From the NCBI RefSeq assembly GCF_000143415.4, contig NW_003314299.1, positions 62,001 through 126,000 of the forward strand: a stretch of DNA of 64,000 nt, given 5' to 3'. Below are positions 60,830 to 64,000 of the stretch, in pieces. The notes under the pieces were generated by a model, which worked only from the letters and a program-made list of their open reading frames with translations, ran no database searches and had not been told where the DNA came from. Every line of letters starts with the position of its first letter. Position 1 is the first letter of the stretch. This stretch comes from Selaginella moellendorffii. Its lineage: Eukaryota; Plantae; Lycopodiophyta. A program made the translations under genes and the position numbers.

Positions 60830-61283
60830 TTATTTTGGAAAAGGGGGTGTGCTCTTGTTTATAGGCCCTTTCCCTTTATATTTGAACCCCTATGGATCGT
60901 TTCTTAAGTTATTTCCTTTAGTTGCTTATAATTCACCATGCTCCCCTGCAAGTTCACGTTTAGTTGCTTATAATTCACCACGCTCCCCTGCAAGTTCACG
61001 CCCTCGTGAACGGAAGCCTCAACAGCCTCACTCTTTTGACACCCTACCCCTCAGGTCAAACCTAGCGGGAGTAAACTGGACTAGCTAGATGTCAATCCTG
61101 AATTTCAACTTCCCGAGAGGTTACCCAGCCAAATACTATTCAAACCCAAGGACGCTTAACCCCAATTATCCTAAAACCCTTAACTAATTGAAAAAAAGGG
61201 TGCACTTTTGTACATGGGCCCTTTCCCTTTATATTTGAACTCCTATGGATTGTCTCTTAAGTTGTTTCCTTTAGTTGCTTACA
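60830..61283 (-). mobile_element. Cassandra-like TRIM: LTR 61090-61283 (TG..CA) containing a 5S-like segment 61108-61160, short internal region with PPT, truncated second LTR ~60830-60930
   Basis: The reverse complement GTTAAGCGTCCTTGGGTTTGAATAGTATTTGGCTGGGTAACCTCTCGGGAAGT aligns ungapped to 5S rRNA. The LTR segment is repeated at 60830-60930, with PPT-like AGGGGAGCATGGTGAAT beside it. Confidence 0.72.
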
Positions 61284-64000
61284 CCAAGATCCTCCATACA
61301 CATATTCAATGATTGTATTTGTGGAAAAATATGGAATCAATGGCATACTCCAGGCCAAAAGGACTAGTTACATGGAATTGCAACTATCAATTACCTTGAA
61401 GTTACAAAATAAAGATGTTTCTAGATATCAACTACAACAATCTAGAGAAAGCAATTTTCTTTGCAGATCTTATTTCACGTGAAAGAATAAAAAAAAAAAC
61501 CTCTTGTAAGTAAGCACTCTTTAGATTTTGAGAGAGATCTTTAGAAGACTCTCATTTCATTACTTTAATTAATGTGTTATTATTTCTAAATCTTCTCTAA
61601 GTGTTCTAGTAAGAAAATAATTTTTTTTGAGGAAAGTGAGTGGTCCTCAACTTGGGCTATAGAAATTATCGTTCTGGGATAAGTTTACTTATGATGAGTA
61701 TAGAGTAAAGTTTGAATATGTTTGATGAAAATGATAAATTTGAGATCTTTTCTAAGAAATATTCATTACACCCCTTCAATCATCCATTTGCATATCATTA
61801 CATTTTAATTGGAGGTATTATATTCAAGAATATATCATCACTCAACTTCAGTTTCAGCAAAATAACTACCACTATAGATAGAGATTTATTTTCTTGTAGA
61901 TGCTAGAAATTCTCCTAATAACTTATTATGCAAGACAATAAGGCTGAATGAGCTAAATAGGTTGGTAATCTCCTCTAAAAGGCTCCTTGTAAAGCTACAA
62001 ATTGACACATTCAAGTTGATAAGTTTGGAATTTTCTCTTAGAATCAAGTTATGATTTATTGTCCAAGATACATGTTATAGCCCTATAAGACAATATAATT
62101 CTTTGGATCTTGTGAATTTCAACTAAAACACCAAGATAGCTTGGAGGAACATGAGAGATGAGCAGTTCCCTCTCTTGCTGAACATCTAGCTCCTTGTCAT
62201 TTACCCTCTAAATGATGAGGAGATGGAGAGCAAGAGTTTATGGAGGCTAGGATAGAGTTTTGGATCTTGTTTCTGAAGAGTTGCTGGCTTGCAAAAAAAG
62301 TCAACATGTTAAAAGCTTATATGGTTCTAGTTATGGCTGAAATTAATATCTACAAGCTATGTGAAGCTAATGATCTCATTAGAAATGATTCTCTTGTTTT
62401 CTACTAAGTCAAAAGCCTGTAGGCCTTAGAGTCTCTTGACTATAAAAGATATTGTTTGACATAAATGATAATCAATTATTATAAATTGCAATGATCAAAT
62501 ACACTAATATTAGTTGTTGATAAAGATTCTGTTAATTCATACGAAGACATTGATAAAATACTTTTTGTGCTTAAAGGCATTTAATATATTTATTTGAATA
62601 AAGGCTTATGAATTATCAAGAAAGTAGTACTCAATTAGCTAAGAGAGGATTTTGTCAGTATATATACTAAATTTTTTAATTATATAATATTTTCTTTCTA
62701 ATTTTAATATGGATATTGGTATTACCAAAAAGTTAAAATCAAAATTAGTTTTATGAATATAATTGTTTTACTAATTATATTAAACAATTTCTAACACAAA
62801 ATTTCCTTTATTAGATTTAAACACTAAAAAGTTGTATGATCTAACTGAATCTATAGTTTTAAGGTTTAGTATTAGAGATTATAGTATAAAATATGTTTTT
62901 TATGGGTTTTAGTTATTTACATTCTTGCAAGTGTAATCAATTTTATTTTTAAATTTGTTTTGGATTATAATTAAGTATTTATAAGACTAATGTGACTAAG
63001 TTATGATATATTTGACTAAAAGAAATTCATATATCCATCCTTATTAATTACTAATTTTTAAAATTTATATCCTTTAAATCTTTTAGAATTATCTAATTTT
63101 TACATTTTTCACTTAATTATTTTTAATGGTTTTCATTGTGGTTGATGCACATTTTAATGTGATGAGAATATTTTTTTTCACCCATACTTGCTTATTAATC
63201 CCACTATTATAATGAGGTAATATAAGTTGTTTAACCACTTATAGATGTAATGCATAATGTTTTATTTGAATAAAGTTAATAATGTATTACAAATTTTATA
63301 CTTAATAAATGTTAAAAATATTTATTGCATATATTAAAAATAAGGATAGATATTATGTTTTCTATATCTTTAATTAATTATGCCTAAATATTAAAGATAT
63401 AAGTATTTTATTACTATTATTAAAATTATTCTTATTATATATGAGTTATGGGCAGAAACTTTAATTTTTTATTATTCATAAAAATATTTATATGAGAAAG
63501 TGTGAAAATTTTATCCATGTTTAAGGATCAAATTGGTCATAGGACATAAAATACCATAACTATATTGAGTTTTTATGCAAAATATATTTTTAGTATTCAA
63601 ATATTAAATTTATATGTATTCATTGCAATTTAGAAAAGCTTATGCTTGATTGAGAATTAAACAAATTCAAATTTATAGTCTTAAATTTTAGATGTTGATA
63701 TGAAAATAATTGTTTGAATAAAATTTAAAAACAATATTGTTTATGTCTTCATACTATTGGTGTGAATTTGCTGACTACCTGAAAGACTAAAGTTTTTCAA
63801 ATTAAAAAATATAATAAATTATTAAACGCATTTATATAATAGAGTTTTAATTTTCTAAAGTAATTTATATTTGCAAAACATTCTATGACAAAAATGATAA
63901 ATATATATCTAAATTTTAAATTACCAAGATTTTAGTATATTGTGAAGAATTCATTTCTTAATATATAAAATAATTTGAAATTTAACTATTAACTACATAT

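Noticed and set aside
61108-61160. Functional 5S rRNA gene
   Set aside because: Only the internal control region is similar; the 5' half and terminator are missing and it lies within an LTR-like repeat.
61300-64000. Possible decayed transposon remnants in the AT-rich tail
   Set aside because: No terminal repeats, TSDs or protein motifs that I could confirm by eye.

Overview
Compact plant nuclear DNA, most likely the lycophyte Selaginella moellendorffii (inferred from ~50-bp GT-AG introns, very short intergenic spacers and SS-motif-rich PPR genes; not database-checked). 1-9 kb holds four conventional intron-containing genes: a 2OG-Fe(II) oxygenase-like gene, an AWPM-19-like gene, a SET/Rubisco-LSMT-like methyltransferase and a TRM/LONGIFOLIA-like gene. 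11.3-56.5 kb is an amplified and rearranged PPR(-)/CYP450(+)/U-box-like(-) block. It has one intact PLS-E PPR at the left edge, a U-box-like gene at the right edge, about 11 CYP copies (two full-length) and about 12 truncated PPR copies. The block is punctuated by a TRIM, a 5S-rRNA-bearing Cassandra-like TRIM, a Copia element split by a precise 7.1-kb inversion and carrying a nested Copia, a young Gypsy chromovirus with self-priming and -1 frameshift signals, and a non-autonomous hAT. An ~890-bp alternating purine-pyrimidine microsatellite at 57.9-58.75 kb separates this from an AT-rich, gene-free tail with a second 5S-containing TRIM.
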